This document shows positions 51,501 through 64,000 of a stretch of DNA of 64,000 nucleotides, in pieces. Position 1 is the stretch's first letter, and each line of letters opens with the position of its first letter. Both the position numbers and the translations under genes were made by a program. Location: the NCBI GenBank assembly GCA_965202585.1, contig OZ241827.1:13330001-13394000 (forward strand), in the 5' to 3' direction. This stretch comes from Thalia democratica (Eukaryota). The notes under the pieces were generated by a model. It did no database searches, was not told where the DNA came from, and saw only the letters and a list, made by a program, of their open reading frames with translations.

Positions 51501-54500
51501 ATTTATAAAAGGGAAACCTATAGTTACAAAAACAGGAAATAAATAATCTATTCAAAACAACTCGAACATGAAAAAAGCAAATTTAGTCTATTTACAAATA
51601 AACAAACATTTCAAAGAATCACACGCAAGCTTTTGTGTTAATGGCCATGAGGCAATCCATTTAAATGGTCATTTAAAAATCTGTTAACAGATTTTATTGA
51701 CTTGATAACTTATTATTGACTTCTTTCAAAACAATAAAAGACAACAAAGCAAAATGTTTAGTGGGATTTTTAGGCTTTTATTTTCATTCCTTTTTTTTAT
51801 AAACAGTACTTAGTATAGGTATTATAGTATGTATAATTTATGAATGTTCTGTGAATAAATTTGTAACAGTTTAAGTAGTTTTTCGCCCTTTAACAGTACT
51901 CATATACACACTTAACAGGTAAAAACAATACTAAAACAAAAATTAGTTTCTAACAAAACTTATCAGATTAGATTACTTTTCGTTGTGATAGCCATTAATT
52001 GGTATACAGTTAAAAATAAACTTTTAAAGTTTCCAAATCTTCTGAAACTCTAAAACTGTTAATCTTATTAACGTGATTTTTAAGGGTAAAAATAACATTA
52101 AAACGTTATAACTAATTGTTCTCACATTTCTTTTTTAGCAAAAATTTTGGTTATTGTTGTTGTTTATGGTTGTTTCTTTTTTGTTGTAAGGCTTAGTTTT
52201 ACTTTGATATTGCTAGAATTTAAAAAGAGTGAGAGTTTGTGAAGTTAACTATATTATTGATAGATATAGTATATTAACAAAAAAGGAAAAATAAAAATAG
52301 AAGTTTTATTTAAACTATATTTTGTTCTAAATGCCTTAAAACTAGGCTTTTAAAGTAGAAATACTAATTGTTAATCACTTTTTTGTGACTTCAAATAAAT
52401 TAGTTAATGATTTTATAAAATCAATTATTGAACAAAAGTTTTTTAAATAACATCCTACTAACAATTCTCATTGTTCTACAATTTTCAAACTTGATGTTGT
52501 ATAAATAACACACAAATAAGTGTATAACATTGAGTTTGCGGTTTTAAACAAACGTCAAAATTTTACGCAACTTACTTAGTACTATAAATATAAGTTTTTT
52601 ATTGGTGGTTTTAAATTGACTTAAACATGGTTACAGTGCCTGTTTAAGCTTATTTTCGTTTAATGTACATTTTATTCAAGAAATCAAGTCTAATATCTTT
52701 ACTCAGAACTTAAATACTTTTTAAGATTAGACATTGATAAAAGGTTGAGGTAAGAAATCAAATATTGTTTTTGACACATCGGATAAAACATATTTCTTGT
52801 TGTTCATTATTAAAGTCAATTAACTTAAGTTTATAAAAACTTAAATCAAACTAATCAAAAAATCAAATGAATTTGTTTTAAGAATTTTTGATAAAAGTAT
52901 TTTAAAGTTTTGTTTATTTTGAAGGAAGAAAAAAAAATTTTTAATGTTTTTAGGTAATTAAAATTTTATTTCATTTATAAGTTTTTTTTAAAAATTTTAA
53001 TCATTGTTTTCTTTTACAGCCAAAACCAGCACGTAGAATAAAACGTTTTTTTTAACAATTTCGGTGTTCAGAAAAACTACAAAACCTTTTAAACAATTTA
53101 AACACATTTTAGGGTGAAGTTTCTGATTTATCTAAGGTTGAACTTACAATTTTAAAAGACTACATATAATTTTTTTTTTCCGCATCCTTTATGACATCAT
53201 GAAGCTTCGCAACTGTTATACTCTTAATTTTTATAATAGTCAATATTGATAATATTGTAAAGTATAGTTGATTATTTTTAATAACAGTGTTTGTAACGAT
53301 TGCTTATCACTAAGTTTTAAGGATGTTCACAGAAAATAATTTCAAATAAATTCTGGAAGAAACTGAATTAAACTTGTTTTACATCTTTATTTAACTACAC
53401 CTTTTATAGTTTCTAATTCAATAAGTTTGTAGTTATTAATAAAAAACTTGCAAAACTGAGTTTTAGTATGTAACAAGTTATTATAACTAAGACTAAAGTT
53501 TTTAAAATGTTTTTTTTTATATGTGTTAAACATTGTTGACATGAATGAACTTACTAAGTTACGTTTTGTGGAAACCTGATTTTTTAGTAAAGTTATTTAC
53601 ATTTATTCTATAATTAACTTAACAAGTTGTTTTAGAAATATCAAATACAAATATGTTGTTTTTTGTTCTGCATTTTAAAATAAAAAAATAAAAATAAAAG
53701 CCCGAAATAAAACAGAGAAATATTTGATAAATTTTAACATGTTTAATATTATTTTCTGATTATTTTTAAACTATTATTTTCTTTTGTACTTCTCTAAAAC
53801 AAAGGAATAAAATATTTGATTCAATAACTACTTAAAGCACTTTGTAATAAATAGATTAATCACCATTATTTCTTTTTAAATGATGATAATTTAAATTGTG
53901 GACAAATGAATGTTTCTATTTCACCAAGGTCATTAAACCCGGTTATGTAATATACTTAACTTGATTTATTTCCGAAAAATTGTGAAACTTTCTTTAAAAA
54001 AACTCTATACATTGTGAAAAGTAAATCACCTGTTGTCATTACCTTCAAGCATAGTTCGATCAAGTTGTGGCTAAATAAAGTGTTTTTTAATACCATTGAG
54101 GTTATTGAGTACAATTATATTATACACATCATTTCCTAAAACATGAAAAGTTTTTAAACAAATGTGTTAACCATACCTGTTGTGATACATTAATGCTTAA
54201 CCTGGTACTAACATCCAAAATTATTCAGTTTAAATTTTATTTCGATCACAACAAACCACTTACAGACTGATCTTGCTAACTTTTATAACTTTTCGATTTT
54301 AAACAAAAAAAAAATTAGGTCAACAGGAAGTTTCTACAAGAAATATAAGTTTTCTAGTGATATTACTGCATAGTTTTTATAATACTGAAAAAAAAAGTTA
54401 TTATACTTATAGTTTTAACTACAAGTTTTGTTATTTAACAAATTTGTTAAACTAATGATTTTATTTAAAACACTTTAATAAAAATTTTGTTTGTTGAAAT

Positions 54501-57500
54501 TTATACATAAATTTTTTGAAAATTATTTTATAGTATTTTTAACAAAATAACAGTTTTGCTTTATAATAAAAAAAAGGGAAATGAAAATTATTTTGTGGAA
54601 ATAATGAGAGTATCTTTGAGTGTATCTTAATACATCTTGAATTTATATTTTAAATTAACCAACTTTAATTAATTACATTCGACTTAATTACTTATTTTGT
54701 TTGAGATAGTTATATTTGTTTTTTTATAAATTGAAAAAAAGATGTAAACTGAAACAAGTAAAAAAGTTTTGTGTCTTAAAATGAATACTGAATAGACATT
54801 TTTATTGCATTTTAGATATAAATATACTTTTTGATTTCCCGTTTTTTAACGATAAGAAAAAAATGTTCTTTTATAATAACTATTAAAAGTATTTTTTAAG
54901 TGTGTCTTAAAACACTTAAACTTACAATTTTACTTATCATACTCAAATTTATTTTGCTCAACACGATTTTTTTTTATAGTTTTAAATTTTTTTCATAACT
55001 AAACAAGCCAAAATTAACTAAGTATTAACTAACTTTAATTTTAGGACAGTTAATAAAATTACAAACTTGGATTAACAAAACTTAAGTGGCTTTTGTTTGT
55101 TTTCTGTTTATATAACTACAATGCTAGAAATTAAAAGCTCTATTTTTCTTTTGCTTTTTTGTTAAACTAAACCTTATTTTAAACTACCGATTTAATCCAA
55201 TTGGTACCATCTACTGAATAGTGAAAGATCTAAAAAACAATAAAAATTGTATTGAAAACAATGTTATACCAAAATAAACTTTAAATTTTTTTTTGTTTTT
55301 GTTTTGGTACAATTTTTATACACGTGCTAATATTTTAAACTTGGTTTAAATTCTTTTATCTAATGTCAAGTTAAAGCTTTGATGGTACTTCTTATCAGCA
55401 AATTATGCACTGAAGCTTTATAATCTTATAAACTAACGACCCACCTACATTGGACCTACCTTTAACTATTTTATGCTGTTATTTTAAAAATTTTAGTCTC
55501 CTTGCTTTTTTTTTGTAAGTTACTTAAAAACCTTTGCCGTGTTTTTTATAAAACACCAGCAAACTGACATTTTTATGATTTACTAATACAAAGTTTAAGG
55601 TAGTATATGTCATAAAGTTTAGACTTATTCACTGATTAAAAAAATTGCATTAAAATTAAACCACAACAAAAAATTCAATTTGATTAGATTACCTCTAAAA
55701 AGATTAAGAAAATATGCTTTAGTTATAAAAATAGATTTAACTTTCAGTTTATTCTTTTTTGTTTCACCTTTAGGCTAATTGAATTTATTTTCGATGTAAA
55801 CTTTTTTTTATGTTAGAATAATTTTAAACAATAATTATAAAGAACTAAGTGTTTAGTCACATCATTTAAAAATACTTAATTGTGATTTCAAATCATAAAA
55901 GTTTTCAAGTATAAGATTGAAATATAAAACTGCTTAATAACTAGATGGAATTAAAAAGCCATTAATTTAACATTTTTGAAAGTTAGTGTAGTAAGATATA
56001 AACGACGCAATTGCAACCAATCGTTTTTAACAAAGTTTTCTTAAAAAAAACGATTTTCAATTTTCTTTATAAGATTATAGCAAATTTATTGTTTTTCTAG
56101 CTCGAAAAATCTACTCCAATTCTTCAACCTACGCGATGCCTTTGGTACGTCAAATTACTAAATTTTATTAAACCATTTTAAAAACTTTAAACTTTATGGT
56201 AAACATAAATGTTAAAAATAGTGTTCATACGTTTTTTGAGAAAAATATCAGTTTATTATTTGGTTTAGTTGGTTATAATCACGAAAAAAAAGCTTTTGTC
56301 AATCACAGTTAAATTTATAATTGAGTGTTTTGGAGCTTTAATTAAATTGCGAAAAACATAATATTTAAAAACTTTTATAATTATTTTATTTAAAATTTTA
56401 TTTTTTGTTAAATTTGATATAATAAGATTTTTTTGAGCTAAGTTGTGGCACGCTAAAAAAGAAAAGTTTTTTTTTTCTCAAATAATTCGGCTAATTTGTA
56501 TTTAATTATATGTGATTTCCGGAAATAAATGCGTTTCATGAAATTATCTACTTAAATTAGTAATCTTATCTTGAAGGGATTTTAGTGTGACTTCTTCAAA
56601 AATTTTAATGTAAGTTTGAAGCTTATATTTTAAGTTTAATTTAGTATGCAAATTGCATGATCTACTTACTATTTAAACGGTTTAACGTTTCACTAAAACA
56701 TTAACTAAAACTTTAAGCTATGATTAAAATATTCAATTAAAAGTTTATTTAATCTTTTACATTCTTATTAAAATTCACATGGTTTTACTTACCTTTATGT
56801 TTTTTAAAATCAGTTTTGTAGTTGTTATATTAACTTTGTACTTCCAAAAAATGTTATGTTTATTTAGTTTAAATAGATTACATTAGTTATTAATATTTTC
56901 TTTCTTTTGAACTATAATTTTTAAAGATTCGAAAAGTTTTATTTTTAAAGAAGTAGAAAATAAAAACTTAATGTATTCCACATTCAGTAACAGTTATTTC
57001 GAAAAGTCTTATACTCCGATGATTAAAAATACTGTTTGTAAAAACGGTTTTAAGTTAGCCATAGACTATAGTTTGAAAATAAATATTTATACTTGTATTT
57101 AACAAACAGTAGCAGTTCTGAAGCAATGAACAAAACACTACTTGACATTTAAAAATAAAAACATCTAAAATGTTGACTAACTGTAGAAATAGCAAATAGT
57201 GGCAACTCATTACGACGCCATAAAAGTTTCTAAGCAACATTAGCTACCTGAGCGTTGTACAAATAAAAAGAATTAAAAGCACTCTTTTTAATATTTATTT
57301 AAATAGATGACAAAACGTCTATACATGGTCATTAAAGTATCAGAAACAAGTATGTTTGACTTATATTATTTTGTTCTGTACCCATTATGACGACATCACT
57401 CGTCGTCACTAAATAATAATTAAATTTCAGTTAACCTGCTTATAAACTTAGTTATTAGTTGTTAAACAAAAAGAATGAAAATAAAAAGCCTGCAACTCAT

Positions 57501-59330
57501 TCAAAGTGTTTTAGATTTGTAAAAAATAAAAGATTAAAAAAAAAATAATAATAAAATAGTCTTAAGTAGACTTACAATTATTAAATAAAAGATTATAAGT
57601 CATCATGTAAAGCCTTAAAAAGACAATAGTATAACGTTGACAGAAAGTATCGGTGTAAGTCATTAAGCCATGCTAATCAGTGAAAAAAGGTCGATCTTTC
57701 AAACAAGATTTCATAATGTATATTGGACAAACAGGTTGCTACTTCTCAGCAAACTGATACTCGGGTTTTTGCAAACTGAGAAAGGTCGCACGTAATCGAT
57801 GTAACCGTAGAAAGCTGCACTCGTTAATCTACAATCATCAAAAATATTCTAATGGGAACGAAACCTGGGTTTCAGTCTGTTGAGAGTCTACGGCGTAATT
57901 ACGTAAAAGATAATATCAAAAATTGACTATGTTTAACTAGTACAAAATAGTCAACAATTTAAGTTGAAGAACTGTTTATTTTGTTAAGTAATTTGTCAAA
58001 CTATCACAAGTTTATTAACATTTATAGATTGGATGCATTTTTAAAGTTATCTAAAGATTTTCCTGTGTAAAGTGAATTCTACTACCTTTAGTTGAACTTC
58101 TATATTAGTTTATTAAATAAAACATATTTTAATTGTGCTATTTTAGCATAAAATTATAAGTGTATTGGCTTGTATACTTTAACTTTTTAAACTGATTAAA
58201 GTTATTTTTTCATATGGACATTAAGCTTTATTACCTTTAGTTGAATTTTTATATAAGTTTATAAAGTCTAGAATATTTTATTTGTGTAAGATAAATTTAA
58301 CATTTTTATACGTAGCAATATAAGCATTTTAAAAACTCTTTGTTTGATAACGCAAAATCTTTTCAAATTTTTTTATTCAAGACTTCCGGGATTTTATAAA
58401 AACAATACTCAAATAAAGAAGCTGTAGTATTTGCTATTACAATTTGTTGTGTCACAATAAGTTTACAGAACTACTTAAAACTTTATTTTAACATAAGTTT
58501 TCAATATATTATAAAAACTTTAAATTGTGCCTAAAACGTACTTTTAATGTTATTATATGTATAGTTATTTATTCAAACTTAAAAACTTAAATTGAAATTA
58601 ATTTCAAATTGCATTAAAAATAAAATGTACAAAGAATTTATAATCACTAAGCTTTTCAACTTTAATAAGTATGTGCATGTAAAATATGCAAAATAAAATA
58701 CCTAGACTAACAAACTGAAATTATATAATATTCTAATAATTTTACTGTGTTTAAGTCTGTAGTCGTAAAAAAAAAACAAAGATAAAACTAGCATTATAGA
58801 AAATACTAAGTTTAGATTGGAACTATTTATTGACTTAACTCACATAATTTAAAAAAAAAAAACACAACTTGGTAGTTTTGAATAAAATCACAAAAATATC
58901 ATAAAAAATGTGAGGTTATGGGTTTTTACGTAATTATTTCGATTACATTCTCAAAGACATATGGTATTTGTTTAATGTGGTCGTAATTTAACACGTATTG
59001 AGCTTATTGTAAGTTAAAATTTCAGATCAAAATATTTTTGAGGCGCCAATAAGTTGGTCAGAAAATTAATAACTACAAAATAGAACTGACCTTGAACTAG
59101 GGATGGTTTATTAGTTGTCTAGTTTGTAAAACTAGAGAATCTAGCTATCACTAATTTATTTCCTAATACTGTAAAAAACATTTCAGATAATTGTTTTATA
59201 AAAGTAAAATATTTATCACTATTTTAATATGTAAAATTAGAGTAGAATTTAGTACTTTCGTTTTACTTATTTACTAGTCCATGACTTATCAGTAATTACT
59301 ATAGTATAATACTAATTAAAAAAATCGAAT
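48520..59330 (+). repeat. Large non-coding segmental repeat, copy 3 (partial tandem duplicate lacking the promoter block)
   Basis: Begins at sequence homologous to copy 1 ~4040 (GACCGCTT...AATGCTTAAACGACACCAAAA) and runs to homologs of ~15400-15620. Offset to copy 2 is ~10 kb. Confidence 0.93.
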
Positions 59331-60195
59331 ACTATGTTTTAAACAACATTATAGGTAATATTTTAAAAATTTTTAGGTCTTTAATATAAATACTTAATAG
59401 ACAATTACCTATTTTATATTTTATTCACTATTTGCTGTGCTTTACTTTAACCAATAATCTTTATCGTACAAGTATCTATAGAGTTTTATAATATATAATT
59501 TTTTCATTAAAATAGATATTTGTTTCGTATTCGAAACGAGAATTTTAAATAAGACTATAAAATAAGGAAATTTAAACTTATATTTAGCAAAAATAATACT
59601 TATATTCACAGTAGATAATAAGATTGTAGTAACACTAAGTTTATGTAATTATTTAGATTCTTCTTTTTTATCTGTTGTTTTCTAAATCGTGATAAAATGA
59701 TAGTTAATAACCCAATTAAAACAGATTTATCTATATTTTATAAATTACTATAAGTACTTAAATAATAATGAAGTTTTTTTAGATATGAGTTAAAGAGATC
59801 AATTAGTAATAACAAAACGCTTTTCTAAGTTGATTTGTTTTGAATTTGAAGTGTGTTTTCATTTTAAGAAAAAAAAATTAAAAAAAAAGTGTCTGTTTAT
59901 CAATTATTATTAAATTTGCACTTATGCACTATAATTTTAAATGATGTTATTATCCCGTTTTGTTTGTAACGGAGTATTTTATACACAGCTTAAAAACTAT
60001 TTATATATACATATATATAATAATAGAATTAGTTAAAATAAATCAAATTCAACAAAGGCCACTTAAAGGACTTTGACATAGTTTACTGTGAATTGTCGAA
60101 TTCAAAAAAACAGTACAATTGTTTCATACAAGTAATAAAATTTCTTATAATCCTCAGCTATTTAAATTCGAATTGAACTGTACTGTAGTTTACAC

Positions 60196-63100
60196 CAGGG
60201 GCGTCGCGTGGGGTGGCACACTGGAGCTGCAGTCCCACCTATTCAAAAAAAAAAGAAGAAAAAAGAAAATTTCCCTTTATTCAGTTTTCCTGCTTTTTTT
60301 CATTGAACTTAACGATAAATTTGTTAGTTTTTCAAATTTTACATTCAGTTTTCAAATATTCGTTAAATGGCTGGCGCTGCAAGCTAAAACTGTGTGTGCT
60401 GCATTTTAAACATATACAAATTTCCTATACAAAAAGTTGTTGAAAAGATTATTTTTAGAGCTGCATTCAATGCAGCGCTGTGTGAATTAAACTGAATATA
60501 AAGAATATAGTAAATATGAATACACTGTTAACTAGTTTTTGAACATTATACATTGAAACAACTATTGGATGTAAACAACTTGAATACAGTGAAAGTAAAG
60601 TTTAGTTTTTGAGGTGAAAGTTGCAAGATCAAAACCCAGTGGTCAACACATATATACAAAAAAAAACTATAATAAGTTAAAAGTTCTAACAAGTTTATAA
60701 AGGACATTATTAAAAAAAATTCAAAACTCAATAAATTTATGTGTGTTTTATTGACAATTCTTTAAAAAATGGTCATTAATTGTTATTTTTTTCATATATC
60801 ATAATTTTTTATTCCAGATTACCTTTAAGTAAAAGAAAAAAAAGGCTACCTATCTTATTTACATAAAATAATTGAACTTCTTTTAAATATAAGTAATTTT
60901 GATTTTTGATAACTTTTAGTATTAAAATAAGCAATATGTAACTGCAAGTTTTAAATGTAACTGCCTTATATTGATAATAAAATTTGCATAAAAAATAAAA
61001 GTTTTCAAGTTGAGATCTACAACCTAAAGTTTTCTGAACTTAATGTAAAAATATTTAGAACAAGAATATGATAGAATATATAAAAAAAAAATTTTTAACT
61101 AAAAACTTAAAAAAATCTAATTATTTTGCTAAAAAACTTGGTTAACAATTGCTTAAAATAAAGGAAAAGGTAAGATATAGTGAAACATTTTTTTTTTCCA
61201 GTAAAGTTCCTCACAGAAAGAACCTGTTGTTGCTTTAGTTTTATTTTAAGCATTTATTTGATTCTGATCAAAAAAAAAAATAAAATAACTCTGAAACCAC
61301 TCCATGATTTCTGTATAAATAAACTTATACCAACCTGTATTAAAACTTACAAGTTTTATCTATTTATTTTAAATGAAAAAGTTATTTAAGGTATAAAGTA
61401 TATAGAAAGTTTGTTAAGGACATAGGGGGTCTATCATTTTTTTATAACAAAAATTAGCACTCAAAATTATATGAAAGCGTTACTTATATATTACAAGATA
61501 CTTTTCACATTGAATAAAAAAAATAACTGTGAAATATCAGTACCGTGTAAAAATTTTCACAAATAGTTCAACATAATGAATTTTTTAGGTTGTTTTAAAA
61601 AATAACAACATGCAAACTACAAATTATAGTGAATTGACTGTGGATCAGCTTAAACGCCTTGATATAAATGCTTTGTCTGAAGTTGAAAAGCTCAAGTTAA
61701 AAAACAGTAGATCAACACCAAATATTTCAAATACCCAAGAGTGTACATCAAGAGGTTTGAAGTTTATTATATGACTAAGCTGAAAGTTAGAACTATATGA
61801 AAAAAGTTAATCATATTAAAATATGTGTTTGTTACTTTGAAAAGAAATTATATCATGAGGAAAAAGTTATTATGTTTACAAAGATTATTGCAGTTTTAAC
61901 TAAAATATTAGCTTTATAACTTAAAGTCTTTAGAGCTAAGGCATTTTTGAAACATTGTTTCATCTTATAATATTTTTTAGCTGAGATTATAGCAAAGGAG
62001 AAATTTTTCGAGCTTTTTTATATATTTACTTTTCAGGTATTTATAGTTTTATCAACATCAGTTTTTGTAACAACTATAGCACTCAAATAATGAGAATGAA
62101 GAGTTTTTTATTAATAGAGTGTGTAGATTTTTTTTTTCTAAAAAAAGATAGTTTTGTTTTGTGTTTTTTATTAATATGTGTTGTTGTTAAGTATTAAAGT
62201 TTATATGTTACTTTAAAACTTTTAATTTTTATAGTTTGCAAATAGTAAACAACTTAAAATGTTTTAATTTATTTTTGATTCTCTGTAGTGAATTTCTTTT
62301 GAATAAACTTTTTATTCTATTTTTTTCAGCTACATTATATGTTTTTAGTTAGTATTTCATTAATTAGATGCTAATGTAAATAGATAATTTTACAAATTTT
62401 AGTTTTGTTAGTCATCAAATTAAAAACTATCACATAGATTTTGCTTTATTTGTTAATTTTGTATATTTAAACTAATTCTGAATTAACTTCAATTATATTT
62501 TTATTAAAAGTTATTTGTTTTATATAAATATTTTTTGATAGTAGATAAAATTTTTAAAGGTTATTTTACAACTTGTAGTTATTTAGTTTGCAAACAAAGA
62601 CCTTTTAAAAAAAATTTGCTTTATTTGTTTATTATCTATATTGAAAGCTAATTCTGACTAAATTTTGATTTTTACTTTTTTATAAATGATTTTAAATTAT
62701 ATATGTTTTTAAACGTAAGTAGAATTTTATTTAATTTTTTTAGTGTGTAAAACTAATTTAAAAATGAATTCAGTTTTTTTACTGCTGTAAAATTAATAAT
62801 TTTTTCAAGACCTTTGCATTGTTAAAGTTTTTAAAGGAAATTCCTTCTAGTGTGATTTTTTTTCAATTATAATGTTATTTTTTACTAGTGAAAAATAAGT
62901 AAGTAACTCAAAAGAAACAAAGTTACTGTTTAAAGCAATTTGTTTTTAGTTGCTTTAAGAGTTTCTTTACTTTTTGAGTTAACTTTATGGTCTACAAAAA
63001 AATTATTAATGATATTTTTTGATCCGTAACTTTATTTTGCTCAACATATTTTCTTTTTTTTTTTTGTTTGTAAAACCATTCATGCTCAGATAGTTAAATA

Positions 63101-63543
63101 CGTAGTTTTTAAATCTTTTTAAAAGTTGTATTGTAAGAAGTTATTTAAAAATGAAAAATAACAATTTTTTTAATCTTCGAAAAAAAAACTTATTTTGCAC
63201 TTATATATTATTTATGACAATACATACAAACATTTTATCAATGTATGATATATTGTAAATTAATGCACTGCATTATGATAAATATTTTTAGCAACATAGT
63301 AATCTATTTCCTTCATAAAATACTGTAAAACAAATTTCTCGTATGTTTGAAAATAAGTATAAAATATATTTTTTAAGTATGTTTTTTTATTCATAACAAG
63401 AAGCATTTAAGCTAATATCTTAAACACTTTTAGCTTAAAAATTTCCCTTGAGTTTTATTTTAATGTTTCAAATTGGGGGATTTTTTTAAGTTGACAACTC
63501 AATCTGCAGCACCCCCTAACAAAAATACCACGCGACGCCACTG
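60196..63543. mobile_element. 3348-bp non-autonomous hAT DNA transposon (Tip100-like termini)
   Basis: 16-bp TIR CAG(G/T)GGCGTCGCGTGG with one mismatch. Perfect 8-bp TSD GTTTACAC (60188-60195 and 63544-63551). Subterminal GCTGCA repeats. No intact transposase ORF. Confidence 0.92.
61610..61774 (+). pseudogene. Possible N-terminal remnant of a hAT transposase (54 aa)
   Basis: MQTTNYSELTVDQLKRLDINALSEVEKLKLKNSRSTPNISNTQECTSRGLKFII* lies inside the hAT element after a TTTTTTAG acceptor-like site, and is less AT-biased than its flanks. Resemblance to ZnF_TTF-type hAT transposase N-termini is from memory only. Confidence 0.3.
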
Positions 63544-64000
63544 GTTTACACTAAATACACATGTTGCACAAAAAACACTATTACGTAATTTTAGACTTTT
63601 TTTTTGTTTGTATCTAGTTGTGAAAAATAAACTTAGTTTAATGTTTCTAAAATACTTATATTTTAGTAATACTCTCAGTAGAAGCTGATTTTTTTATAAA
63701 TGACCTGTTTACCTTTGCAAAAACTATTAAAGTAAGGCTTTTTATAAGATGCGGTAATTTATTTATAATTTGCATATTGTTTTCATAACTTGCAACATCA
63801 TAATTCAGATTATGAAGTTGTACATAATCAAAAAAACAAGAAAATCTCTACAAATTTATAACTATTAAAAATTAAAGTTTAATAAGAAGGTTTAAATTTA
63901 TTGTAAAATATTCTATAAATTATTTTAGGAACAATTTTATTGTATCCAAGTTATATTTATGTAAAACAGATGATTGGTAAATGTTTTTTTATTAATTTTA

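Noticed and set aside
60119-60443. ORFs 60119-60409 and 60213-60443 as transposase
   Set aside because: They span the left TIR and A/T homopolymer runs, with no DDE or zinc-finger motif.

Overview
Very AT-rich (roughly three-quarters A+T, by eye) animal genomic DNA with no CRISPR arrays, tRNA/rRNA genes or operons. It carries one clear protein-coding gene on the minus strand: a divergent NR4A-type (Nur77/Hr38/nhr-6-like) nuclear receptor with three GC-rich coding exons (32858-31989, 30323-30069, 26874-26745). These give a ~350-aa N-terminal domain with a PLDLS CtBP-type motif and both C4 zinc fingers. No ligand-binding-domain (LBD) exon is recognisable in the 26.7 kb downstream; the only candidate is a short possible terminal exon at 15933-15824. 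About 60% of the window is one non-coding unit present three times in direct orientation: copy 1 (1-~15620), copy 2 (~35270-48395) and partial copy 3 (~48520-59330). Copies 1 and 2 each contain a TATA box, a ~100-nt non-coding first exon with a conserved uORF, and a GTAAGT donor, all pointing leftwards. This implies a tandem nuclear-receptor cluster with a paralog just left of the window, and a gene A that is either LBD-less or shares a distant LBD. Its distal upstream region has been duplicated again, with a probable gene-conversion tract. The coding exons' splice junctions have degenerate 'echo' copies in the flanking introns, clearly for both zinc-finger exons and weakly for exon 1. Two hAT elements with 8-bp TSDs are present (175 bp and 3348 bp). 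All identity values were counted or estimated by eye, and the organism cannot be identified from this window.
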